From: Nitrospinota bacterium
GTDB lineage: Bacteria; UBA8248
DNA: 38,286 nt
Direction: 5' to 3'
Assembly: GCA_030754595.1 (NCBI GenBank)
Contig: JASLZZ010000127.1
Span: 1 to 38,286, forward strand
The position numbers and the translations under genes are program-made. Below are positions 1 to 8,481 of this stretch, piece by piece. A model generated the notes under the pieces. That model was not told the DNA's origin, searched no databases, and saw nothing but the letters and a program-made list of their open reading frames with translations. Each line of letters begins with the position of its first letter. Within the stretch, counting starts at the first letter, position 1.

Positions 1-337
1 CACCGTGATTTTGGCTATAGGAGCCGCCTCAGAGGGATCTTTCAGCGCACTTTATGGACTTCTCGGCGGGAGGCACCGCCGAGGAAGGGTAAATAGACCG
101 GAATTTGTTAGATTGATAGCGTTGCCGCATTATTCCAGTAAGGACGGGATGATTCTCCGTGGGGATTAGGAGTGGTCCGAAATGGGTTGGAAACCATTCC
201 CTGTGGAGACATGGACCTTCCGACATCTCTCCCGTCAGATAGTAGATTTTATTGTTTCATTCTGGTGTAATTCTATTCTGGTTCCAATGTTCCTCTCATC
301 CTTCCTCAACATCCTCTGCAAAAAAGGGGGTTTTGAA

Positions 338-842
338 ATGATGCACAAATCCCTTCTCAAAAATCTTGTATTGGTTGTTGTGGTTGTCGCACTGGTAGTC
401 GGATGTGGTGCGGGACAAGGTTACCAGAGTACATCTCAAGGACCACTGGGACTTACAGACAAATCAAAAACTGGGATTTCCTTTTGGGACGGAAAGTATT
501 CTTGTAATGACAATGGTCATTGTCCTTTTAGATGTTAAGGGATGGTCTACTATTTTCGATATTTTCCTTGAGGTAAGGAATGGACAAATAAATGGAGAAA
601 CGACCACAGAAAATGGCACATATGACATTGAAGGTATTATTTCAATTTCCGGTGAACTCAAAAAAACCATTATAAAGCAACAGCGACTACCCACTACCAT
701 ATTTATTGTTGGGACTATTTTAAATCCGCGATTAAAAGAAAACAGGGTAGGAGGGGAAGTAGAAATAGACGAACCGTTTTCATACTTCAAAAAACCAAAG
801 GTTAATGAGATAAAAACTAAACTTGCGCAACTTCGACAATAA
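338..842 (+). pseudogene. Frameshifted putative lipoprotein of unknown function
   Basis: ATG338 follows AAAGGGGG. The N-terminus MMHKSLLKNLVLVVVVVALVVGC is a signal peptide with a lipobox-like LVVGC. The frame stops at 538, but the +1 frame (ORF 405..842) continues with protein-like sequence (KGWSTIFDIFLEVRNGQING...). The shift lies at about 500-537. Confidence 0.55.
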
Positions 843-1029
843 ATAGAACCGGTCGCCCCTCTTTTGTTGTAATCGAGAGTTGCTGCGTGGCGAGCTGCCT
901 ATGGATCTTGAGCGGTGCGGCTTGCCCCATGACCAAGAGTGATATTCCTGCCAGGAGCATCGCGAGCATTCCTTTTTTCAGACGCTGATTCTGCCGCTCC
1001 AGTCGATTCAATCTCTGCTCAACGTCCAT
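817..1029 (-). pseudogene. Small coiled-coil plus signal/TM hypothetical protein, probably C-terminally truncated
   Basis: Strong RBS (AAAGGAG) before the ATG. MDVEQRLNRLERQNQRLKKG is followed by a hydrophobic stretch ending LLVMGQA, an N-terminal pattern I recognise from longer exported hypothetical proteins. The ORF ends after 70 aa, overlapping the convergent ORF. Confidence 0.45.
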
Positions 1030-1119
1030 GTCATCTCCTTTGCTTGCGCCATTTCCACGTTCTAGGTTGTTGGGGGTGGCAAGGCTGTTGATGCGCTACG
1101 GCCGGGGGAAGACAATGAC

Positions 1120-1989
1120 ATGTTGATCGACGCGGCGATGCTTTTCGCCCTCGGGGCGGCGTTTTCGTACGCCTGCGCCGATATGTCGCTCCGCTACGGG
1201 CTCCTGCACACCACCCCCTTCGTCGGTTCGACGGTCGGGCGCACGTTTTCGGTCCTGATTCTGGCCACCGCCGTCCTGATCTCGGGGGCCACCTTCCCGC
1301 TTCCGGGCGTCCATTACCTTTGGGTGTTTCTGGGCGGGGTGTTCAATCCCGGCTTGTTCGCCGTTTTCTTCATGTTCGGGATTTCGAAGATCGGCGTCTC
1401 CCGGGTCGCCCCCATCAAGAGGTCGTCTCCCCTCATCGCCGCTTTTTTCGCCATCGTTTTTCTCGGCGAGCGGCCCGGTCCGGTGCAGTTGGCGGGCGTT
1501 GTCCTGGTCGTCTCGGGAGTCGGCCTGATCTCATCGGGCAGGACCGAGGGCCGGTGGCGGCGCATCCATGCACTCTGGCCCATCGCCGCGGCCGTTTTCG
1601 CCGGAACGGGCGCGATATTCTGGCGCAAGGGGCTACCCGCGTTTCCCGATCCCGTGGTGGGATCGTTGGTCGGCATGTCGGCGGCGCTGACCACGGTGAC
1701 CCTTTATTCTGTCTTGTTTGAGCGCGATCAGATCGTGGATGGCTTCAGGACGGCCTGGAGGCCTTTTTTGTTGGGTGGGATCGCGGGAGCCGCGGGGAAT
1801 TTTTTATACGCGAGCGCCCTTAAAGGGGGGGAGGTGTTCCGGATGGTTTCGCTCATCCAGATCTCGCCGCTCGTTACGGTCGTGTTTGCGTTTGTTTTGC
1901 TCCGGAAGGTGGAGAAAATTACATGGCGGGTTCCCGCCGGAGCGGTCCTCACCGTTTTCGGGGCCATTCTGGTCAGCTTCCGCCCATGA
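1120..1989 (+). CDS. EamA/DMT-family drug/metabolite transporter
   Basis: 289 aa with about 10 hydrophobic helices in two repeats. Motifs 'PLIAAFFAIVFLGER' and 'ISPLVTVVFAFVLLR' are typical of EamA repeats. Confidence 0.9.
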   Translation: MLIDAAMLFALGAAFSYACADMSLRYGLLHTTPFVGSTVGRTFSVLILATAVLISGATFPLPGVHYLWVFLGGVFNPGLFAVFFMFGISKIGVSRVAPIKRSSPLIAAFFAIVFLGERPGPVQLAGVVLVVSGVGLISSGRTEGRWRRIHALWPIAAAVFAGTGAIFWRKGLPAFPDPVVGSLVGMSAALTTVTLYSVLFERDQIVDGFRTAWRPFLLGGIAGAAGNFLYASALKGGEVFRMVSLIQISPLVTVVFAFVLLRKVEKITWRVPAGAVLTVFGAILVSFRP

Positions 1990-2119
1990 AGGCGGTCGAA
2001 GGGGGGGTGGCTTCGAGGTGGACGGCCCTGCTAAAAAGCGGTATAGGAACGGGGTTTCGAGGCTTCGGCCCCTGGGGGCTTCGGTCCCCTGCCGAGGGCT
2101 GGAGCATGAACTAATGTTT

Positions 2120-2197
2120 GACCCCATCGTCCAGTCTGGCCCAGGACACCGGCCTTTCAAGCCGGCAACGCGGGTTCAAATCCCGCTGGGGTCACCA
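2120..2197 (+). tRNA. trnE: tRNA-Glu (anticodon UUC)
   Basis: Acceptor stem GACCCCA/TGGGGTC, D stem GTCC/GGAC, anticodon arm CCGGC-CT-TTC-AA-GCCGG, T arm GCGGG-TTCAAAT-CCCGC, and an encoded 3' CCA. Confidence 0.97.
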
Positions 2198-2324
2198 TTA
2201 GTTTTCTCGGGCCTGGTTTCCCGAAGCGGTCCATAGAGATCCTCCCCCCGAATCGGGCGGTCGTTGCGCGGGGCGCGCGGAACCAGCGGCTCATCCATCC
2301 CGCGAAATAGTTCGATATTTTCTG

Positions 2325-2355
2325 TATTGATTATTGATTATTTATTGATTATTGA
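2325..2355. repeat. TATTGAT heptamer tandem array (4 copies, interrupted)
   Basis: tattgat-tattgat-tatt-tattgat-tattga read directly from the sequence. Confidence 0.8.
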
Positions 2356-2377
2356 GGAAAATTCCGTATTCCGGACC

Positions 2378-2440
2378 GGCGGCCGAGAGTTTGGCTCTGG
2401 CGGCCGAGGGTTTGGCGCTGGTGGCGGGAAAGGTGGCGCT
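2378..2440. repeat. Degenerate 21-bp tandem repeat, 3 copies
   Basis: ggcggccgagagtttggctct / ggcggccgagggtttggcgct / ggtggcgggaaaggtggcgct. Confidence 0.7.
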
Positions 2441-2592
2441 GGTTTCCGAGTTCCCCGGCCGGTGAATGGGGGCCTTGGCTTCAAGGGTGACCAAGGGTCT
2501 GGACGCCCGGGCCGGTATCACCGCTCATTCCGAATTCGGATATTGCGAGCGGACTGGCCGGCGGTTAGCGGCGCGCAAGCCCAAGAATATTA

Positions 2593-2621
2593 TTGACGTT
2601 TCGGGGGCTTCCGATTAGACT
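2593..2621 (+). promoter_or_regulatory. Sigma70-type promoter of the sugar ABC operon
   Basis: TTGACG (2593-2598), a 17-nt spacer and TAGACT (2616-2621), about 155 nt upstream of ATG2777. Confidence 0.65.
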
Positions 2622-2628
2622 GCCCGAA

Positions 2629-2650
2629 AATAATACAAAATACAATTATT
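2629..2650. promoter_or_regulatory. Candidate repressor operator just downstream of the promoter
   Basis: AATAATACAAAATACAATTATT has AATAAT/ATTATT inverted flanks and an ATACAA direct repeat. It resembles GntR/FadR-type TGTAT-containing sites (inference). Confidence 0.4.
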
Positions 2651-2776
2651 TTTTTCAGGTGATTAATCGGGGCGTTCCCCGATTCCGATGAAAGCGAGCG
2701 CCCGGTCCGATTATTTACTTGCGCACCAAAATTGGCGTGATTTATTTAAAATTCACGGGTTTTCCTCGGGGGAGTA

Positions 2777-4780
2777 ATGGAGAATAAAGCAACCCTCCTA
2801 GAAATGAGAAATATCGACAAGTCCTTTCCCGGCGTCCATGCCCTCAAGGAAGTGGATTTTGTCCTGGAGTCGGGACAGGTTCACATACTCCTCGGCGAGA
2901 ACGGCGCCGGAAAATCCACGCTCATCAAAATCCTGTCCGGAATCTACCAATCCGACAGCGGCGAAATACTCCTGGAGGGGAGCCCCACCGTTATCCCCGA
3001 CGCACGGACGGGCCGTGACCTGGGTATCAGCGTCATATATCAGGAGCTGAACCTAGTCCCCGATCTCAGCGTAGCGAAGAATATTTATCTGGGCCGGGAG
3101 CCGGTCCTTCCCGGATTTTTAAAGAAAGTGGATTGGGAGCATGTCGAAAGAGAGTCGCGCGAGGTGATGAAACGGCTGGACGTCGATATCGACATCCTTG
3201 CTCCGGTGAGATCGCTAAGCGTCGCGGATCAGCAGATGGTCGAAATCGCCCGGGCGCTTGCCTTCGACTGCAAGATCCTCGTCATGGACGAGCCGACCTC
3301 ATCGCTCAGCGGGCATGAAATCCATGAGCTTTTCAACGCCGTGGCCCGCCTCCGGGAGCAGGGGGTGGGGATCATCTACATCTCTCACCGCCTGGATGAG
3401 GTGCACCAAATCGGCGACCAGGTAACCGTTCTCCGTGACGGCGATTACATCGGCTCCTGGGATGTGAACGAGGTCGATCTCGATTTTCTCATCACCCAGA
3501 TGGTCGGCCGGATGCTGGACGAGAAATTTCCCTGGACCCCCCGCGAGCGGGGCGAGGTGGCGCTCAAGGTCAATGGCCTCACCCGCGAGGGTGTTTTCGA
3601 GGACATCAGCTTCGACCTTCACTACGGTGAAATCGTCGGCATGTCGGGGCTCGTGGGCGCCGGGCGGACCGAGGTGGCCCGGGCCGTCATGGGCGCCCAC
3701 GAGGTGGACACGGGAACCGTCGAGATGACCCGCGCGACCCTTGAAAAAGAGGAGCGCCGGCGCCTGCCGCACTACCCGGCCTGGAAGGCGGTAGTGGACA
3801 TCGTGTTGTTCGTTCTCGCTCTTCCCGTCTTCACGGTGTTCTTTCAGGGAATCTACGACCCGGTGACGCTCAACATGAACACCCCGCCGCCGCTGTTTAG
3901 TGCGACGTGGTTTTATGAGTGGATCATCGGGGGGCCGCTCTACAACATTCCGAACGGGCCGGCGCCTTATCTCGCCGCCGCGGCCATCACAATCCTCCGC
4001 CAGGCTGGGCTTTGGTTCCTGGTGCCCCAGTTTGCCTGGCGGACCATGTGGCAGGACCTGGGCTCATGGTACGCCTTCGCCCTGTTCTCGATGGTCATCG
4101 TGAGCATGTTCACCCAGAATTTCTCCACCGAATGGGTCATGGTGACTGGCGGGGTGGCGATGGTGCTGGTGCGCCTCGTGCTCATCCTCACCCACGAGCG
4201 TAAATGGACCCCGACGCTGGCCATTCGCCAGGGGCTGGGCCTCCTCCCCGAGGATCGCAAGGTGCAGGGGCTCACCCAGGTGCTTTCGGTGGCTTTCAAC
4301 ACGACAAGCGCCAACCTCGGGCGCCTCATCAACCGTTTTTTTCTCAATCTGGTGATGGAAAAAAACCTGGTCGAAGAACACATTGATCAGCTCAAGATCA
4401 TGACCCCCACGCAGGACACCCTGATCCGCTTCCTCTCGGGCGGCAACCAGCAGAAGGTCGTCCTTGCCAAGTGGCTCTTCCGAAAGGCGGATGTCCTTGT
4501 TTTCGACGAGCCCACGCGCGGGATCGACGTGGGCGCCAAGTACGAGGTTCACACCCAGATGCTCAACCTCGCCAAGGAGGGAGCCGCCGTCCTGATGATA
4601 TCGAGTGAAATGCCCGAAATCCTCGGGATGAGCGACCGGGTGTTGGTGATGAGGGAGGGGCGCCTCACCGCGGACATTCCGCGCGATGAGGCGACTCAGG
4701 AAAACATACTTCGCTACGCGATGGTGGCGGATGAACACGCGGCGGGCGCTTCGCCCGCCGGCGGCAACGGAGGAAATTAA
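2777..4780 (+). CDS. Sugar (CUT2) ABC transporter ATP-binding protein, RbsA/MglA-like, with an internal membrane-domain insertion
   Basis: NBD1: Walker A GENGAGKST, Walker B ILVMDEPT, H-loop ISHR. NBD2: degenerate Walker A GLVGAGRTE, PEDRK, signature LSGGNQQK, VLVFDEPTRGIDVGAK, ISSE. It is 667 aa against about 500 aa for the family, because of a hydrophobic insert at nt ~3728-4204. Confidence 0.93.
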   Translation: MENKATLLEMRNIDKSFPGVHALKEVDFVLESGQVHILLGENGAGKSTLIKILSGIYQSDSGEILLEGSPTVIPDARTGRDLGISVIYQELNLVPDLSVAKNIYLGREPVLPGFLKKVDWEHVERESREVMKRLDVDIDILAPVRSLSVADQQMVEIARALAFDCKILVMDEPTSSLSGHEIHELFNAVARLREQGVGIIYISHRLDEVHQIGDQVTVLRDGDYIGSWDVNEVDLDFLITQMVGRMLDEKFPWTPRERGEVALKVNGLTREGVFEDISFDLHYGEIVGMSGLVGAGRTEVARAVMGAHEVDTGTVEMTRATLEKEERRRLPHYPAWKAVVDIVLFVLALPVFTVFFQGIYDPVTLNMNTPPPLFSATWFYEWIIGGPLYNIPNGPAPYLAAAAITILRQAGLWFLVPQFAWRTMWQDLGSWYAFALFSMVIVSMFTQNFSTEWVMVTGGVAMVLVRLVLILTHERKWTPTLAIRQGLGLLPEDRKVQGLTQVLSVAFNTTSANLGRLINRFFLNLVMEKNLVEEHIDQLKIMTPTQDTLIRFLSGGNQQKVVLAKWLFRKADVLVFDEPTRGIDVGAKYEVHTQMLNLAKEGAAVLMISSEMPEILGMSDRVLVMREGRLTADIPRDEATQENILRYAMVADEHAAGASPAGGNGGN

Positions 4781-5793
4781 TGAGCGCGGTATCGACGGTA
4801 AACGGTGAGAAGCTGATCTTCGGGTATCCCGCCAAGGACATCCCCTGGGAGCGCGTAATTCTGATCGGCGCCTTCGTCGCGCTGATGGTTTTTTATACTT
4901 TCGCTACGGAAAATTTCTTCACGCTGGATAATTTCACCAACGTCGTCCGGCGCGACGCCTGGCTGTTTTTTCTGGCCTACGCACAAACGATCGTGATCAT
5001 CTCGGGTGGATTCGATCTCTCCCAGGGCTCGATTATGAGTATCGTGAGCGTGATGGCCTGGAGCGCGATGCTGCACTTGGGGTTTGTCGGCGGGCTCGTC
5101 TCCGGGCTTCTCGTGGGAACGCTTTGCGGGCTCATCAACGGTTATTTCATCGGCGTTGTCAGGGTCTATCCCTTCATAGCCACCCTGGGAATGCTTTTCG
5201 TTGGAAGCGGGGCGGCCCAGCTCTGGACCGGCGGCCTCCAGATGGGAGGCTCCCGCGAGGGCGCGACGCTGCCCACCCACGTTGAAAACACTTATGTGGC
5301 TCTCTCGAAAGGGAGCCTCGGTCCCATCCCGCTTCCGGTAATCTGGGTTCTCATCGCCCTGGGGGTGACCTGGTATCTCCTCAAATTCACCCGCTTCGGA
5401 ACCTACGTCTATGCCCTCGGAGGCAGCGAGGAAACGGCTGTTTCGGCGGGCATCAGTTTTTCGCGGATGAAAATCGGCATTTTCGCGCTGAGCGGGCTCT
5501 TTTGCGCAATCGGGGGTCTTCTCCTCTCGGCGAACGTGAGCGCGGCGGGCGAACCCCGGCTCGGCGGCGGCGACCAGCTCCTCCAGTCGATCGGCGCCAC
5601 CATCATCGGCGGAACCCACATTTTCGGCGGGCGCGGAGGGGTTCTGGGCACGACGCTGGGCGCGCTTCTCATTATCTTTTTGGTGAACGGGCTGAACGTC
5701 CTGAGTATCGACACCTACCGCCAGCAAATTATCGTCGGGCTGGTCATTCTCGTCTCCATTTGGGTTAGCACCCTTCAAGAACAGAAGAAATAA
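4780..5793 (+). CDS. Sugar ABC transporter permease (RbsC/BPD_transp_2 family)
   Basis: IISGGFDLSQGS, PFIATLG, TRFGTYVYALGGSEETAVSAGI and IIGGTHIFGGRG motifs. TAATG overlap with the ATPase gene. Confidence 0.93.
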   Translation: MSAVSTVNGEKLIFGYPAKDIPWERVILIGAFVALMVFYTFATENFFTLDNFTNVVRRDAWLFFLAYAQTIVIISGGFDLSQGSIMSIVSVMAWSAMLHLGFVGGLVSGLLVGTLCGLINGYFIGVVRVYPFIATLGMLFVGSGAAQLWTGGLQMGGSREGATLPTHVENTYVALSKGSLGPIPLPVIWVLIALGVTWYLLKFTRFGTYVYALGGSEETAVSAGISFSRMKIGIFALSGLFCAIGGLLLSANVSAAGEPRLGGGDQLLQSIGATIIGGTHIFGGRGGVLGTTLGALLIIFLVNGLNVLSIDTYRQQIIVGLVILVSIWVSTLQEQKK

Positions 5794-5807
5794 GGAGAAA
5801 TCTCAAA

Positions 5808-6806
5808 ATGGCAAATGTTGCCATGCCTTACAAAAGCAAGCCGCTCGATGCCGTCCGCTCCTGGCTATCGCTGGAGAAGTACGGCCTCCTGGTGGCGTTT
5901 GTCCTGATGATGCTGGGGTTCTCCATCCTTCAGCTTTTGGGCTACGTGAACAATTTCATCGATGTTCACAACCTGACGAATCAGATGCGAAATGCATCTC
6001 TCCTGTTTTTCATCGTCGCGGGTCAGAGCATGGTGCTTCTTGTCTCGGGAATCGATTTGAGCCAGGGCTCCCTGCTCAGCCTTTCGAGCGTTATCATGGC
6101 TCAGGGAATCCTCGATTTCGGCATCGCCGTGGGCGTGCTCATGGGGTTCGGCGTCGCCGTCATGTTCGGATTCATCAACGGATTTTTAGTCGGCAGGGTG
6201 AAAATCCAACCCTTCATCGTCACCCTGAGCATGCTTTTCATCTGCGCGGGGATCGCCCTCGTCTTTACGGGTGGACGCACCATTCACCAGTTCACCAGCG
6301 CGCAGAAGGACATCCTTCAGACTATCGGGCTTACCGATTTTTTCCACATACCGGGGACCATGTTTATCGCACTCGCTTTCTTTGTAGTCCTTCATTTGCT
6401 CCTGACGCGCACCGCCCTGGGGCGGGCGATTTATCTGACGGGCGGAAACGAAGAGGCCGCCCGGCTCTCGGGAATCGATACGGGCAAGGTGAAGCTTATC
6501 TGCTACCTCATCAGCGGCTTCACCGTGGCCTTTACGTCGTTTCTTTATCTGGCCCGACTGCCCGCGACAAATGGGCTCGCCGGTTTTCAGCTTGAATTTC
6601 AGTCTCTGGCGGCCGCCGTCGTCGGAGGCACGACGTTCCACGGCGGCGAGGGCGGCGTCATCCAGGCGGTGCTGGGAACGCTTTTCATCGTATTTTTGCT
6701 GAACGGCTTGATATTGCTGGGGGTGGGCACTTTCGCCCGAGAAGTCGCCCTGGGGGTGATGCTCATCGCCGCCGTCACCATCAGCGCCCGCCGGCGGCGG
6801 GAATAG
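5808..6806 (+). CDS. Second sugar ABC transporter permease (RbsC family)
   Basis: SGIDLSQGS, PFIVTL, GRAIYLTGGNEEAARLSGI and VVGGTTFHGGEG motifs. RBS TAAGGAG. Confidence 0.93.
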   Translation: MANVAMPYKSKPLDAVRSWLSLEKYGLLVAFVLMMLGFSILQLLGYVNNFIDVHNLTNQMRNASLLFFIVAGQSMVLLVSGIDLSQGSLLSLSSVIMAQGILDFGIAVGVLMGFGVAVMFGFINGFLVGRVKIQPFIVTLSMLFICAGIALVFTGGRTIHQFTSAQKDILQTIGLTDFFHIPGTMFIALAFFVVLHLLLTRTALGRAIYLTGGNEEAARLSGIDTGKVKLICYLISGFTVAFTSFLYLARLPATNGLAGFQLEFQSLAAAVVGGTTFHGGEGGVIQAVLGTLFIVFLLNGLILLGVGTFAREVALGVMLIAAVTISARRRRE

Positions 6807-6955
6807 TTTGCCGGAGGAAATTTTCGATATCGATTTTCCGAGAAGAGGAGGAGATCAATATCTAGGAAATCTACGGTGTTCTGAACTAATGCTGAATCGC
6901 GGAACCATTGGAGCCCATGTTTGTATATTTTTCCTTTAAGGAAAAGGAGGAAGCG

Positions 6956-8026
6956 ATGAGAACGAAACTGTTTCGCTCACTGACACTTCTTGCTGTGATG
7001 GCGGCTTTTCTGTTCACGGCCACCTTCGCGGCGCCGAAGGCCGAGGCCGCCAAGGCGAAGAAAGCCTACAGGATCGCCGTCGTCGTGCCGAACGGCGTTG
7101 ACCCCTACTTCTTCTCGAAGTGGTTCGGCAGCGTCCGTGAAGCGAAAAGGCTGGGCGTCTCCGTCACCATGTTCGACGCGGGCGGCTATGAATTTTTGCC
7201 CAAACAGGTGGCCCATGTCGAGGACATCATTGCCGCCAAGTACGACGGCATGATCATATGCCCGATCAGCACAAAGGGCATGGTCAACGCCGTCCACAAG
7301 GCGATTGACGCGGGAATGCCGGTCGTGGTGGACAACATCGACCTCGACAGCGACCGGGTGAAGAGCCGCGTCATGAAGAACAGCTACCAGCTCGGCCTGC
7401 TCATCGGCTCCGCGATGGCAGAGGCCATCGGACACGAGGGCAAGGTCATCATGCTCCCCGGACCCAGCGGCATCGAGATGGTCACCTCCATGGCCAAGGG
7501 TTTTGAGGACTATCTAAGCCACTATCCCAAGGTCAAGATCGTAGCCAAGGAGTTCACGAAATCGAACGTGCAGGCCTCCTATCAGACGGCCGAGGACCTC
7601 CTGAAGAAGCACCCGGACGTCGCAGGCATCTATCCCTGGGCGACCCTGATCGCGCGCGGAACGACCGACGCCGTCAAGGCCTTCTCCAAGGCCAACGGCT
7701 TCAAAGCCGGCAAGATCAAGATCGTGACGCACAACATCGCCGTCGGCGTCGAGAAGGACATCCGGGACGGCTGGACATATGGCGCGGTGCTGGCCGAGCA
7801 GATCGGCATGGCGAGTCTGGCTGTGAGTAACGTGGTGGACCTCATCGAGGGGCGTCAGCCTCCGGGAGCGCCTCACCGCGGCGGGACGCTTTCATACATC
7901 AAGAACTTCATGGTGTACAAAAGCAGCCTCGACAAGATCGACCGGAGCGGGATGCAGGCTCCCAAAGAGTGGATGATCAAGCGGGCGAAGCGGTCGAAAA
8001 ACATCGTCGGCGGAAAACGCCGCTAG
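6956..8026 (+). CDS. Sugar ABC transporter periplasmic substrate-binding protein (RbsB/Peripla_BP_4-like)
   Basis: ATG6956 follows AAGGAGG. Sec signal peptide MRTKLFRSLTLLAVMAAFLFTATFAAPKAEA. RIAVVVP..DPYF, YDGMIICP, AGMPVVV and KHPDVAGIY fit a type I binding-protein fold. Confidence 0.9.
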   Translation: MRTKLFRSLTLLAVMAAFLFTATFAAPKAEAAKAKKAYRIAVVVPNGVDPYFFSKWFGSVREAKRLGVSVTMFDAGGYEFLPKQVAHVEDIIAAKYDGMIICPISTKGMVNAVHKAIDAGMPVVVDNIDLDSDRVKSRVMKNSYQLGLLIGSAMAEAIGHEGKVIMLPGPSGIEMVTSMAKGFEDYLSHYPKVKIVAKEFTKSNVQASYQTAEDLLKKHPDVAGIYPWATLIARGTTDAVKAFSKANGFKAGKIKIVTHNIAVGVEKDIRDGWTYGAVLAEQIGMASLAVSNVVDLIEGRQPPGAPHRGGTLSYIKNFMVYKSSLDKIDRSGMQAPKEWMIKRAKRSKNIVGGKRR

Positions 8027-8048
8027 AGGTTTTCACCTCAAGCGAATC

Positions 8049-8082
8049 AAGCCCCGCCGGGTCCGACCGGCGGGGCTTTTTT
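8049..8082 (+). terminator. Rho-independent terminator of the ABC operon
   Basis: AAGCCCCGCCGG-GTCCGA-CCGGCGGGGCTT followed by TTTT, 22 nt after the SBP stop. Confidence 0.9.
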
Positions 8083-8205
8083 CGCGCCCGGCCGCATGTT
8101 AGAAAAGGCGCTGGCGAGGCAAATAGATTCTGATTGTTCGCGCGACTCGCGGTATCGGGAGCGGTTCCCGGCCGAGCCGTGACGCGTCACTCCCTGAGGG
8201 CCCCT

Positions 8206-8472
8206 ATGCTGAACGTCTCTGAATCGGCCTGTGATAATCTGTCCAAGTTGCTCTCCGATTCGGGCGCTCCCGACGGCGCCTGCGTCCGGTTCATCCTCTA
8301 AGGAGAGGAGTTGTCGCTCACGCTCGACGGCGAAAAGCCGGGAGACGCGACACTCGTCCACGAGGGCAAAACGGTTCTTGTTATAGACGAGGATGTTTCG
8401 CAGAGCCTCTCCAACAAGACGCTTGATGTGGAAGATTCGGAAGAAGGGCTTCAACTCACAATAAAGGATTGA
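8206..8472 (+). pseudogene. HesB/IscA-fold small protein lacking the Fe-S Cys motif, with an in-frame TAA at 8299-8301
   Basis: Manual translation: MLNVSESACDNLSKLLSDSGAPDGACVRFIL*GEELSLTLDGEKPGDATLVHEGKTVLVIDEDVSQSLSNKTLDVEDSEEGLQLTIKD. This follows the HesB-like pattern on both sides of the stop. Not in the ORF track. Confidence 0.75.
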
Positions 8473-8481
8473 GGTGGGGCG

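Noticed and set aside
1..90. Hairpin CTCGGCGG/CCGCCGAG (62-83) and a minus-strand GTGCG at 50-46 as a group II intron or ncRNA start
   Set aside because: A 5-mer and one hairpin at the window edge are not enough evidence; no other intron domains or reverse transcriptase are visible.
2120..2197. tRNA-Glu as the attachment site of an integrated island
   Set aside because: I found no integrase and no second copy of the tRNA 3' end in the window, and the downstream genes have host-like composition.
3728..4204. ATPase insert as an intein or mobile element
   Set aside because: It lacks intein termini (C/S start, HN end), terminal repeats and nuclease motifs; its composition is that of membrane helices.
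8299..8301. Selenocysteine or pyrrolysine recoding in the HesB-like gene
   Set aside because: The codon is TAA, not TGA or TAG, and other genes in the window use TAA as a normal stop.
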